A stretch of DNA of 32,000 nucleotides from Candidatus Hermodarchaeota archaeon (GTDB lineage Archaea; Asgardarchaeota; Heimdallarchaeia; Hodarchaeales; Hodarchaeaceae). The stretch spans positions 210,595-242,594 of the forward strand of contig JBHLKY010000003.1 in assembly GCA_048886185.1 (NCBI GenBank), written 5' to 3'. The position numbers were made by a program, and so were the translations under genes. Below, one piece after another: positions 9,873 to 18,467 of this stretch. How positions within the stretch are numbered: the first letter of the stretch is position 1; each line of letters starts with the position of its first letter. The notes beneath the pieces are model-generated. The model ran no database searches. It was not told where the DNA came from and worked only from the letters and a program-made list of their open reading frames with translations.

Positions 9873-10154
9873 ATGTATCGATCCTGTTTGTATTTAATTA
9901 AAGGGGAAGAGATTCATTATTGTCTGAGGTTGAAAGAATGGAATGAACTCTGTCCACAAAGGTGTCCATTTTACAAACAGGGGGAACCAGGAAGTCTAAA
10001 AGAGGTGAAAATACAGCGATATGCCATTGATTGCCTTCAATTGACCCGATGGATCAACACAAATGATGAGGCTGAGTATTGGTGTAAAATCTACTATACA
10101 AATCGGCCCACGTGTCATAGCGAAAGTGTAAATCACTGTCGTTGGATACATTAA
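9873..10154 (+). CDS. Small Cys-rich protein, probably two tandem metal-binding modules
   Basis: 93 aa with 8 Cys arranged as two similar C...C...C..C units (CLYL..YC..CPQRCPFY and CLQL..YWC..C..CRWI). Confidence 0.7.
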   Translation: MYRSCLYLIKGEEIHYCLRLKEWNELCPQRCPFYKQGEPGSLKEVKIQRYAIDCLQLTRWINTNDEAEYWCKIYYTNRPTCHSESVNHCRWIH

Positions 10155-10417
10155 AGTCAAAAGAAACAAATAGACATTTCATTTGGAAATCTGGCTTATT
10201 TGAGTTGCAGTAAACTCCTTCTTCCAATCGAATACCCAGGTGCCTTTTGAGTGGACTAAAAAAGAAAAAAAATTTTTAAGAAGCATCCTGATATACATTC
10301 AGAATTAAATATTCCCAATTCTATAAAAAAACCCCAAAAAACTAGAGTCATACTAGATGGGTAATGAAATCACCCACAAATGCGATGTTCTATTAGAAGA
10401 CAGACGGTTCTTATTTT

Positions 10418-10447
10418 ACCTGATGATTGGCTCACCTAATTTCCATA
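10418..10447 (+). repeat. Dispersed 93-bp repeat family, partial copy K
   Basis: ACCTGATGATTGGCTCACCTAATTTCCATA: 23/30 ungapped identity to copy D; weaker similarity extends left to about 10386. Confidence 0.6.
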
Positions 10448-10506
10448 TTTCACTAGGAATTATTATCAAAAAATTAAAATGTAAAAACTTTAAAAAGAAA
10501 AAGTAA

Positions 10507-10528
10507 ATACTTTAATTCGATAAAGTAT
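10507..10528. promoter_or_regulatory. Perfect 8-6-8 inverted repeat overlapping the start codon of the wHTH-MNT gene (putative autoregulatory operator)
   Basis: ATACTTTA-attcga-TAAAGTAT; a TATA-like aaaactttaaaaag lies just upstream. Confidence 0.6.
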
Positions 10529-11276
10529 GCGTGAATTAATCGATCTCCATTCTTATGAATTATTAAAAGAATTTCAAGCCACTCCTCAGAATACATTTCA
10601 TAATTTAAACGCTATCATAACTAACACTACAACCCTAACCAACCGATTAAAGCAATTAATCTTGCTAGGAGTGTTAGAAAAAAGTAAACGTATGTACAAA
10701 TTGACAACAAAAGGAAAAAAACTCATTGATCTCCTAGATGAAGCCACACAACTTATTAAAATACCAAGAAAAGATCCCAGTCCTTTCGAAAGAATTCCAA
10801 ATACACATATCATCGAATTGTTGGAAGACTATATTATTCTCCTAAAAAGATATTTCAAGGAAACCCTTCTGTGTGTCATCTTATTCGGATCATGTGCCCA
10901 AGGAAACTGGAATGAGGAGAGTGATATTGATCTGATTATAATTGTTGAACATTGGGAGATCCCTTCTTGGGAAAAATCACGAGAACTAATTAAGGTTAAG
11001 AATAAGCTACGAAAGCGTGATACATATAAAAATTTGAGAAGGAAAGGGTATTATTTTCCCATATCACACTACCCTCTGTCAGATACAGAAATTAAAAGAT
11101 TTCATCCAATATTTTATGATGTCGTCCTAGATGGAATCATTCTTTATGAAAAAGATCAATTTGGTTCTCACCTCCTCAAACACTATCAAAAAGAACTGGA
11201 AAATAAACAAGCGAAAAGGATAATGAAACCAAACAAAAAGAGGTATTGGATACTTGAAAAAGAAAAAGGTGACTGA
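10527..11276 (+). CDS. Winged-HTH fused to a minimal nucleotidyltransferase (MNT antitoxin)
   Basis: N-terminal HxlR-like wHTH (TLTNRLKQL..LGVLEK...YKLTTKG); Pol-beta superfamily motif LFGS.....ESDIDL. Confidence 0.88.
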   Translation: MRELIDLHSYELLKEFQATPQNTFHNLNAIITNTTTLTNRLKQLILLGVLEKSKRMYKLTTKGKKLIDLLDEATQLIKIPRKDPSPFERIPNTHIIELLEDYIILLKRYFKETLLCVILFGSCAQGNWNEESDIDLIIIVEHWEIPSWEKSRELIKVKNKLRKRDTYKNLRRKGYYFPISHYPLSDTEIKRFHPIFYDVVLDGIILYEKDQFGSHLLKHYQKELENKQAKRIMKPNKKRYWILEKEKGD

Positions 11277-11679
11277 GAGATCACAACTAGCATTAAGTCG
11301 TGCACAAAACTGGCTTCAAGGCGCCCAACGAGGGAAAGAAGATCAACGCTGGGATGATTGTGTCTATAATGCCCAGATGGCCGCAGAACACGCAATCAAA
11401 GCATTATTCTTAAAATTAGGAATCATTTACAAACGAATTCATGATGTCACAGACACCTTTCGAAACATGACAGAGAATGAGGACCTTCCCAAAAAATTTC
11501 GAGAGAAGATTCCAAATATTGCAGATCAAATAGAAGAACTCACAGAACAACGAAATCTGGCAGGATATGGGTTTGAAGAGGGAATTGCTCCAGATCATTT
11601 CAAAGAATATGCACCAATCGCCTTAGATTGGGCAACTGACATTGTAACTCAGGTGGGTAATGTGTTACAAGAACTTTAA
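11269..11679 (+). CDS. HEPN domain protein (toxin partner of MNT)
   Basis: A...AQMAAEHAIKAL...HDV...RNLAGY pattern; the GTG start at 11269 overlaps the MNT stop (GTGACTGA), implying translational coupling. The track ORF starts at 11254. Confidence 0.88.
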   Translation: MTERSQLALSRAQNWLQGAQRGKEDQRWDDCVYNAQMAAEHAIKALFLKLGIIYKRIHDVTDTFRNMTENEDLPKKFREKIPNIADQIEELTEQRNLAGYGFEEGIAPDHFKEYAPIALDWATDIVTQVGNVLQEL

Positions 11680-11740
11680 TCTAATATTATCCCATGCCTC
11701 CTATTATAACACAAAAAATCAGATCATTTCTTTAGTACTG

Positions 11741-11785
11741 GAAGCGTGACACTCCTGAAGCATCCTGAAGAGAGGATTTCCTTAA
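11741..11785 (+). repeat. Dispersed 93-bp repeat family, partial copy F
   Basis: GAAGCGTGACACTCCTGAAGCATCCTGAAGAGAGGATTTCCTTAA shares GAAG..TGACACTCCTGAAGC with copy A and the downstream blocks with copy C (1-nt insertion). Confidence 0.7.
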
Positions 11786-12081
11786 AAATCTGGATACATT
11801 AAGATTCAGCCCATTGGGTGTTGGAAAATTCGATAGCCCGAAGAATAGTTTGATTCAAGAAATCTTGTTCCTGACAGTCGAAGGTATACATCACAAATCC
11901 ATCATACGTAAAAAAGAAGATACGCTTAACATGATAGATAATGGTAGGACGAGCAATTTCAACTAAATCCAGAAATTATTTTCTGCGAAATTTAAATCGA
12001 TAGGAGCTGGTATGAATTGATGCAGCAGTGGCTCCAGCTGCGCCTGCATTATAAGCTATTTAGAGTTAATATCTGTTTTAA

Positions 12082-12237
12082 AATAGTAAAAGCGGTTTTG
12101 TATATATCCATGGAGGTGGGAACTCAATAGGAACCGCTGCTACAGTTGACTATTATGGTAATGCGGTAGCAGGGAAATCTAACTTATTATATACAAAGCA
12201 TATGGATCTGAGAACTGGCCCCGCTGATCCAACGTAA
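12082..12237 (+). pseudogene. Short remnant resembling a type-B carboxylesterase N-terminal region
   Basis: The frame reads GFVYIHGGGNSIGTAATVDYYGNAVAGKSNL...RTGP, like the esterase VYIHGGG..G.A..Y.G..LA.K.N...RLGP segment. It is bounded by stops and has no start codon. Confidence 0.4.
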
Positions 12238-12381
12238 AGGCCTTAAGCAGCAGTTCGTGAGCTTGGAAGAAGATTTTGGAAAAAATAGAATCTCCTATTT
12301 TCAGGCGAGGACTAGACACTAAGTTTGTATTCCTAGGCGAGATTTTTAAACTCAAAATGCAGACAAAAGGGAGTTTTTCGA

Positions 12382-12390
12382 TTATATAAA
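12382..12390 (+). promoter_or_regulatory. Archaeal TATA box upstream of the 881-aa gene
   Basis: TTATATAAA ends 35 nt before the ATG at 12425. Confidence 0.5.
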
Positions 12391-12424
12391 GACAGGAGAG
12401 AATCTATACCAGAGGCATCCAGCA

Positions 12425-15070
12425 ATGCTTAGAGATATGCTCATCCACGCACCTCGAGAAGAATATGGCCGACGAATGAAACTAGTATGGAAAGTGTTAG
12501 AAGATAAGTCAACACTCTTCGTGATGCAAAAACCAAATTATAACAAAATGGAAGTGCCTTGGGCTCCACTAGCGGAAATGGTATCAATTTTTGCCATCCA
12601 GCCAAGGAGAGATTTCACAAATGCAGCGAAAACGTTGTCACTAGTGAATAATGAAGAAGGAGTGGTAGTAGTAAAAGAAGTATTCCCTGTACAGAAAGTT
12701 AACTCAAAATATAATGACAAAGAGGTTTCTGATACGGCTGTTCTTACCTTGGTTTTCGCTTTTACTCAATTCTGGGTCAAATCAGATAGTTTGCTACCTC
12801 TACTCGCACAGGAGGCCCGAAAAAAGCTTGCCCGAAAGCGCTCAACAACTCACTCTATACTTAAAGGGAGCGGATTTAAAGTAATGTTAATTACCGAGGA
12901 CAAGCTTAGTCAAATCTATTTCCGTAGAGGGAAAGTCCCCGAGGGCATCACGGTCTTTAAGAGCCATAAAGGGTTTCATTCCAAATTATCGGATCTATTC
13001 CTCAGACTTAATCGAGTTCCAACACGGGAAATCCAGGAATACCCGATCCCTGACCTAGCTGTGACCCACAAAATCGGAAACCAAAGACAAAATCCAAAAC
13101 GACCAGTTGGGTTCCCACCATTAACCACAGGCCCCGTGTTGGTGTGTGGTTCAGATAAGTATGAAGTGATAAGAGTAATACAACAGCTGATCAATTCAAT
13201 ACGAACCGTAGGAACATCCAAACAGATATTTATACTTGACACCCACAGTGAACTGAACGGCCTCATACATCACATCCACAGGTATCCCCAACGGGCAATT
13301 CCATTACAGGTGTTTCGGTTAGGTACCAATATCCACCTCAACCTCTGTGATGTGATAGTCCCAACAACTCCCATGGGAGAACAGCAAGAACGAAAGGCAT
13401 GGGCAGCATGGAAATCACACCTCATTAGCCAGATCTTACTGAGTTCACTACACACATCAGAATATCTGACAGCCCGATATGCAGTGCCATTGGAAGCTCA
13501 AATCAGGAAAACAGCGGAAAAAAATCACCTGTTCACACTCAAAGACGTGAGTCTTAGCTTTGGGGGAATGAACGAACCCCATGTTCAGGAAAACACTGAT
13601 GAAACCAATATGATGTATGCAGATATGATGGCCATCGAGGCAATCGTGGGAGTCTTGGAGCAGTTTCGCTCATTTCCTGAAGTGAACTATCCCTCCTTTA
13701 CAGGACATTATGGAAATACCTTGGTAGGGGAAGAAACACTGACAGTATTCCAGTTTGGTACTCAACCTCCACTGATACGGCAAGCAACCGTGGGATTCCT
13801 CCTCCACTACCTCTCACAAACCATGAAAGATGGATGTGTAGTTCTAACACACGCTCCCGAGTTTCTGAACGCGCAATCCACGTATAAACGAGAGCGAAAA
13901 ATTAGTAGCTCAATTACCTTAGAAGCATGTGATACAATCGCTGCACAAAATGTCCTTATACTTGCAAGTCAACGACTACTGGAAATGATGAACGACGAGC
14001 TGTTTGATGGTATAAAAAATATATTGTACTTACCCCTGATGAATGAACAGGATAGACGACTCGTGATCACACGTCACGAATTGAAGCTAAAAACTCACAA
14101 CCAGCAGGATCGAAAAAGCCAATCTTTAGGAATTACGGAAGGTGAAGGATTGTTGTTCCGCGAAGACGCACCACAAAACATAGGATTCCATGTGAAACTA
14201 GATACAGCAATCCCAATCGATCTGAACCCGATTCATGTAAGTGAAACAAAACAACGGGGTTCTGAAACATTCGGACTCCCCCCTCTGAAATATGAATTAC
14301 TCATGAAAATATTAAAATTATTAGTTAACCATCCGAGTCGTACGGAAGACATTTTAGACCTACTAGAAACAACGAAACAACGAGAAATCTCTCTAAACCA
14401 ATTCCAATCACTCGGATTATTCACGACAGAGACAGATCGAGGAGCGACCTATTGGGTCATCACAGACAAAGGACGGGAATATTACTCGAAACAACACGAT
14501 TTTGTGAACCAACTGCCCGCCCCATTGACAAAGGGAGAAGTCGGACGCGTTCCCGAGGAATTAAAACGTTTAGAATCGTTCAATGATATTTCCTCCTCGT
14601 ACGATGAGCGATTGGAGACCAATAGGAAAGTGAAAACACTCATTGGGAAGCTTCTCAATTATACCCAACAACTGCGCGCGACCTCCATACCATGGATGCG
14701 GGTTGGGGAATATCATGACCTACTCATGATCGAGGCGTTGGAATGGCAAGATTTTCGGAACCTATTCGATCTGGCACACACCATGGTCAATAATCTGTTG
14801 TTGGAAATTACCCAACTGCAAAAAGAACAGTCAGATAAGGAAATCCAAGCACGTCTAGAAGCAGCCGCCCTACAAGTCGACCCAGCCAAAAAAAATCTGT
14901 CCGACTACTTACCTGAGGAGAACTATCTTCGTCTACAACACCTCTCGCAAGAGTTCGGTCTACCATCTTACCCCAGCACAGGAATTCTTGATCTATACTA
15001 TACTCTCCATACACAAAGACGTTCTTTAATTGGCGAACTGGGAAAAAGCTGGAAAATAAATGACAAATAA
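12425..15070 (+). CDS. HerA/VirB4/TrwB-like (DUF87-type) ATPase-fold protein with degenerate Walker A/B, followed by a winged-helix and a helical tail
   Basis: GPVLVCGSDKYEV (Walker A position, no GK[ST]); IFILDTHSEL (HerA-like DxHGEY); CVVLTHAPEF (Walker B position, no DE); LILASQR (sensor); YWVITDKGREYY (wHTH wing). Confidence 0.65.
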   Translation: MLRDMLIHAPREEYGRRMKLVWKVLEDKSTLFVMQKPNYNKMEVPWAPLAEMVSIFAIQPRRDFTNAAKTLSLVNNEEGVVVVKEVFPVQKVNSKYNDKEVSDTAVLTLVFAFTQFWVKSDSLLPLLAQEARKKLARKRSTTHSILKGSGFKVMLITEDKLSQIYFRRGKVPEGITVFKSHKGFHSKLSDLFLRLNRVPTREIQEYPIPDLAVTHKIGNQRQNPKRPVGFPPLTTGPVLVCGSDKYEVIRVIQQLINSIRTVGTSKQIFILDTHSELNGLIHHIHRYPQRAIPLQVFRLGTNIHLNLCDVIVPTTPMGEQQERKAWAAWKSHLISQILLSSLHTSEYLTARYAVPLEAQIRKTAEKNHLFTLKDVSLSFGGMNEPHVQENTDETNMMYADMMAIEAIVGVLEQFRSFPEVNYPSFTGHYGNTLVGEETLTVFQFGTQPPLIRQATVGFLLHYLSQTMKDGCVVLTHAPEFLNAQSTYKRERKISSSITLEACDTIAAQNVLILASQRLLEMMNDELFDGIKNILYLPLMNEQDRRLVITRHELKLKTHNQQDRKSQSLGITEGEGLLFREDAPQNIGFHVKLDTAIPIDLNPIHVSETKQRGSETFGLPPLKYELLMKILKLLVNHPSRTEDILDLLETTKQREISLNQFQSLGLFTTETDRGATYWVITDKGREYYSKQHDFVNQLPAPLTKGEVGRVPEELKRLESFNDISSSYDERLETNRKVKTLIGKLLNYTQQLRATSIPWMRVGEYHDLLMIEALEWQDFRNLFDLAHTMVNNLLLEITQLQKEQSDKEIQARLEAAALQVDPAKKNLSDYLPEENYLRLQHLSQEFGLPSYPSTGILDLYYTLHTQRRSLIGELGKSWKINDK

Positions 15071-15315
15071 GGGAATGATTGAAAAAATTAGACTCTTGGC
15101 TACTATGAGGCAAGGTGACCTGTAATCAAATACTTTATCTTAGAATATGCCCAGGTACCTTTTAAACAACTGAATTCAACCTATTCATGGGATATCTATA
15201 ATTCTGGATAATAAAACTTCTTATAGTTCTGATTCAAAGTGACAAAGGGAGTACCAATATGGTATGGCTCCTTCATATAAGGATAGTTGAAATGAGAGAC
15301 ATCTTCTTGGGAATC

Positions 15316-16368
15316 TTATTTTTTGGAAAAAGCCTGAAAACGCTTTAATACAGGGATTGAGACCAAAACTGCCACGAGAGTAACGAATCCTGATCGCCAG
15401 GTAATTCCAGAAGAAAAATCAGTTGATTCCGAGACAATGGATTCATGGGTCACGCCAGAAACAAAATCCGTTGTTTCAGTGAGCTTGGATTCAAGAGTAA
15501 CGGAAGGAGTTATGGACTGATCAAAATAATGAAAAATCAGTGTATTTGTGAAATCTAATAATGAGTCGAGAAAAGAACTCGCAACAGGGATGGTACAGAT
15601 ACGTTGCCCTGAACAGGTATCATCATCAACCCGCTCGCGTATTTTTGTTTGCAAAGTTGCATTCCAAGTAATGGTCAGAGTATTCTGATATCCCCCTCCA
15701 TCACACATAGCATCTGGAGTCCAATACTTCCAAGATTGCCACCGGTGGGCTAGATTAGTCAGTAAATAATTACACCACTCTCCCCATTCAGAATACAAAA
15801 TCTTTACTCGAAGAGAAAAGGGGGACGGATAAGGAAAATAGTCAGGGTTAAGATCTTGATAGTTATATCCATAATTTAAGAATTTATAGTCTATAAACGC
15901 TGAACCATTAGCAAAGTAAGAAGCACTCAAACGACTCGCACCGAACCAGCAATTAAATTTATCATACACAAGCTGTAACTTGACAGGCCCATCTACAGGG
16001 AGGGGAGGAGAAGACCAGGATAGATTATATAGACCAATGAGGTTAGAGTTAACAAAAAAAGCTATACTCCCACTCCCATCCGAAGATAGGGGAGTATCGA
16101 ACCAATATAAGCGTCTTGCTCCCGAAGAGAGCGCGAGAGTGTCACTAAAGCCCCATGACGTGAGAATAGAGACATTGAGAGCTTAATCCTTTGTTACAAG
16201 GAAAATGGGAAAAAATTGTGTTGTGATAACATTATTAACCATCCAAGTGATCTCAAACTCCTCAGAGGTTAATGTCATGGTTTCTAAGTCGCCTTTAGAC
16301 CAGATTAATAAGCCCGAGAGAAAGATACCAACAATAAAAATTGAAAAAATGGCACGGGACCCCCGTAT
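15316..16368 (-). pseudogene. Interrupted gene for a secreted, C-terminally anchored surface protein (351 codons)
   Basis: The track ORF 15316-15969 continues upstream in frame through one TAA (16183-16185) to a signal peptide [ATA]RGSRAIFSIFIVGIFLSGLLIWSKG. The ATA at 16366-16368 sits 8 nt after AGGAGG, so it is probably a mutated ATG. The C-terminus is S/T-rich + SGF + TM + KR. Confidence 0.75.
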
Positions 16369-16477
16369 CTTTAGCTCCTCCTAATTTCTTTCAGAACTTA
16401 CTTCCATAGTGATGAAATAAGGAATTATCATTAATAAATCAATTGATAGATGTAATTCTGAAACACAACAAAAACAG

Positions 16478-16570
16478 ACAGATATTAGGCCGATTTGCTC
16501 ATCTAAGAAGATTGACACTCCTGAAGCCAAATGACGATAGGTACGCAAAATTTCCAAACGGTTAACCCTT
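16478..16570 (+). repeat. Dispersed 93-bp repeat family, full copy A
   Basis: ACAGATATTAGGCCGATTTGCTCATCTAAGAAGATTGACACTCCTGAAGCCAAATGACGATAGGTACGCAAAATTTCCAAACGGTTAACCCTT; aligns without gaps to copies C and D over 93 nt. Confidence 0.85.
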
Positions 16571-16628
16571 GCACGATCAGTAGGGGACTAATTATACTTA
16601 TAAGATTACCTCATAAACAATGAAAGGC

Positions 16629-17231
16629 TCATTTATTATAATTTTTTCCAATACTAAAGGCTTTAGCAATGGAGTTTCCTAAAATCCAATATTCCCCTGA
16701 TCCAATTAATAAGGGGTTGACTTTTTTGATATCTGCGGAACATCTAGCTATATTGCTGCCAGTAAGATATTGCTCTCCAATATATGCCTCAACTATCTCA
16801 GCAAAGAAGATATCTCCCTCAGGAAATACATCAGATAAATGTTTAATAACTTGGCATTCAAAGTTTATTGGACATTCCATGATCATAGGTGCCGATCTGA
16901 GTGTCCCATAGAAAGACTGGAAAACTGTTGACTTATCTACATTGTGTCCCGAAACAGTACCACAATAATCAGTTACTTGGACTAATTCCGCTGAAGGGAT
17001 ATTCACACTAAAAGACTTATTTCCTTTGATACCTTGAGTTGTATAGTGTTGTTTTGCAGTAGAAATATAGATGGTTGGGGGAGCAGATATCCGAAGCACC
17101 CCAAAATTACCAATCACATTATATGTAGGTTTATTGTTGACATTAGCGCCAATTAATATAATTGGCATAGCAGGTAGTATTAACTGGGGACCACATTTGA
17201 TTTTTTCACTACTCTCATTGGTAATATTCAC
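16629..17231 (-). CDS. Flavin reductase-like FMN-binding protein (flavoredoxin family)
   Basis: P.P..LIGA, HYT..GI..N..FSVNIPS, DYCG.VSG...DK and AP.I.ECP.N.EC motifs. Confidence 0.9.
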   Translation of the reverse strand: MNITNESSEKIKCGPQLILPAMPIILIGANVNNKPTYNVIGNFGVLRISAPPTIYISTAKQHYTTQGIKGNKSFSVNIPSAELVQVTDYCGTVSGHNVDKSTVFQSFYGTLRSAPMIMECPINFECQVIKHLSDVFPEGDIFFAEIVEAYIGEQYLTGSNIARCSADIKKVNPLLIGSGEYWILGNSIAKAFSIGKNYNK

Positions 17232-17407
17232 AAGTCAACCTCCATAGATGCAAGACCATATCATATCAGTTAATTCTGGGACATTGTACTTTTAAATTTT
17301 GAACATAACCAAGAAAAAATGGTTATTAGCCATCTCATTAACCATTCCCCGAAAACCCCAAAAACCTTCAAATATGATACAGATTCACTCATACAAGACA
17401 CTACTGG

Positions 17408-17466
17408 CTCCTTACGCCATCTGATAATAATTCCATTGAATTTCCACAATTTTTGAGAAAATTAGC
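17408..17466 (+). repeat. Dispersed 93-bp repeat family, partial copy I with the variant palindromic right end
   Basis: CTCCTTACGCCATCTGATAATAATTCCATTGAATTTCCACA aligns without gaps to the core; the last 28 nt (17439-17466) are 27/28 identical to 22306-22333. Confidence 0.7.
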
Positions 17467-17475
17467 CGTGTACGA

Positions 17476-18126
17476 TTAGTGGTCTTTAGATTTATTTCGT
17501 CGTTTTAGCAGCACAAAGGAAGTACAGAGAAGAAGAAGAAACTGCCATCTAAGTGAAGAACTAGTCGTAATCGTGGCTAATTCAGTCGTGGTTGAGGTAA
17601 AACGTGAGGAAGTAGGTAATGGCCAGGTGGGGAGACTGTGAAAAAGACCCTGGGAACTGAATGAAGTCCAGAAAATACCCATGTTTACAGTTGTGATCTT
17701 TACATAAAATAGTCCATCATCTATGAAATTAGTGTTCGACGATCCGTTTATAAGAAAAGCGTGAGAGTTACCAGACAAGAGTGTGATAGAGGGGGATAAA
17801 TCAATAATTACACGAGTATAATTCCAAGTTTGGCCATAGGAAGTGATTACCTGAGTAATTTCAAGCTTGGTTAATTCAGTTGGGATCTCACCGTTATAAT
17901 GGAGACGAAAAACTACTTGTCGAAAGGAAGGGATATCACCAGGACTAATAGTACCAGTATAATTGGGGGGAATGGGTACTCCAATATCACACATAAAATC
18001 TAAATGGCCAACAACCTCTCCCTGAAATACTGAATCCGTACCAGTAACAGAACCAATGAAAAGTAAAAAAGTACAACTGAAAAGGCATATTTGGAGGAAA
18101 AAGAGTGGACGGGCTTCCATTTTCAT
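17476..18126 (-). CDS. Hypothetical secreted protein with a Thr/Ser linker and C-terminal TM + basic tail
   Basis: N-terminal hydrophobic signal; ends TTTTELATITTSSSLRWQFLLLLCTSFVLLKRRNKSKDH. Confidence 0.8.
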   Translation of the reverse strand: MKMEARPLFFLQICLFSCTFLLFIGSVTGTDSVFQGEVVGHLDFMCDIGVPIPPNYTGTISPGDIPSFRQVVFRLHYNGEIPTELTKLEITQVITSYGQTWNYTRVIIDLSPSITLLSGNSHAFLINGSSNTNFIDDGLFYVKITTVNMGIFWTSFSSQGLFHSLPTWPLPTSSRFTSTTTELATITTSSSLRWQFLLLLCTSFVLLKRRNKSKDH

Positions 18127-18220
18127 TCACTCCTCACTCTAGGGATAATATCGGGGAAGAATTATATAAAATTTGTTATTCCCGAAAGAATTCCATTTCC
18201 CAAAAATAAATCAAAAGCCT

Positions 18221-18311
18221 ACAGAGATTAGACCGAACCTGCTCTAACAGAAGCTACTAACTCCTTACAACCATCTGAGACAAGAAACATCTCAATTTTC
18301 ACCTAGTCGCC
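18221..18311 (+). repeat. Dispersed 93-bp repeat family, copy B (degenerate 3' half)
   Basis: ACAGAGATTAGACCGAACCTGCTCTAACAGAAGCTACTAACTCCT matches the left half of copy E; the right half is more diverged. Confidence 0.8.
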
Positions 18312-18467
18312 ATTATACGATTAATGGGATACAACTTTAAACAATTAAACTCAGTTAACAAAAGATCCTAAACAGTTAGTACAAGCTGAATTTTAACATA
18401 ATTTCCCCATGAAGCGAGGTTACAACTTTTCAAACTTAAAAGATTCTTGGAAAGGAAAACCGCAATA

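Noticed and set aside
11799-12060. Minus-strand frame AYNAGAAGATAAS...*FLDLVEIARPTIIYHVKRIFFF...WAES*
   Set aside because: Protein-like but interrupted and matches no family I recognise; cannot be supported.
12136-12172. Hairpin CTGCTAC...GTAGCAG and GC-rich stems at 12003-12048 as a possible ncRNA
   Set aside because: The stems are short with long loops, and the first lies inside the esterase-like remnant, which explains the local GC content.
10221-15165. Shared CCCAGGTRCCTTTT at about 10235 and 15150
   Set aside because: Only two copies of a 14-mer with no flanking similarity; may be chance.
15980-16186. Track ORF 15980-16186 (+)
   Set aside because: Antisense shadow of the interrupted surface-protein gene.
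16478-16570. c-di-GMP-I (GEMM) riboswitch-like words on the minus strand (AGGG..AACC, GAAA, CGGCCUAA)
   Set aside because: Spacing is far too long, GACGCAAA is absent on that strand, and position is unrelated to gene starts.
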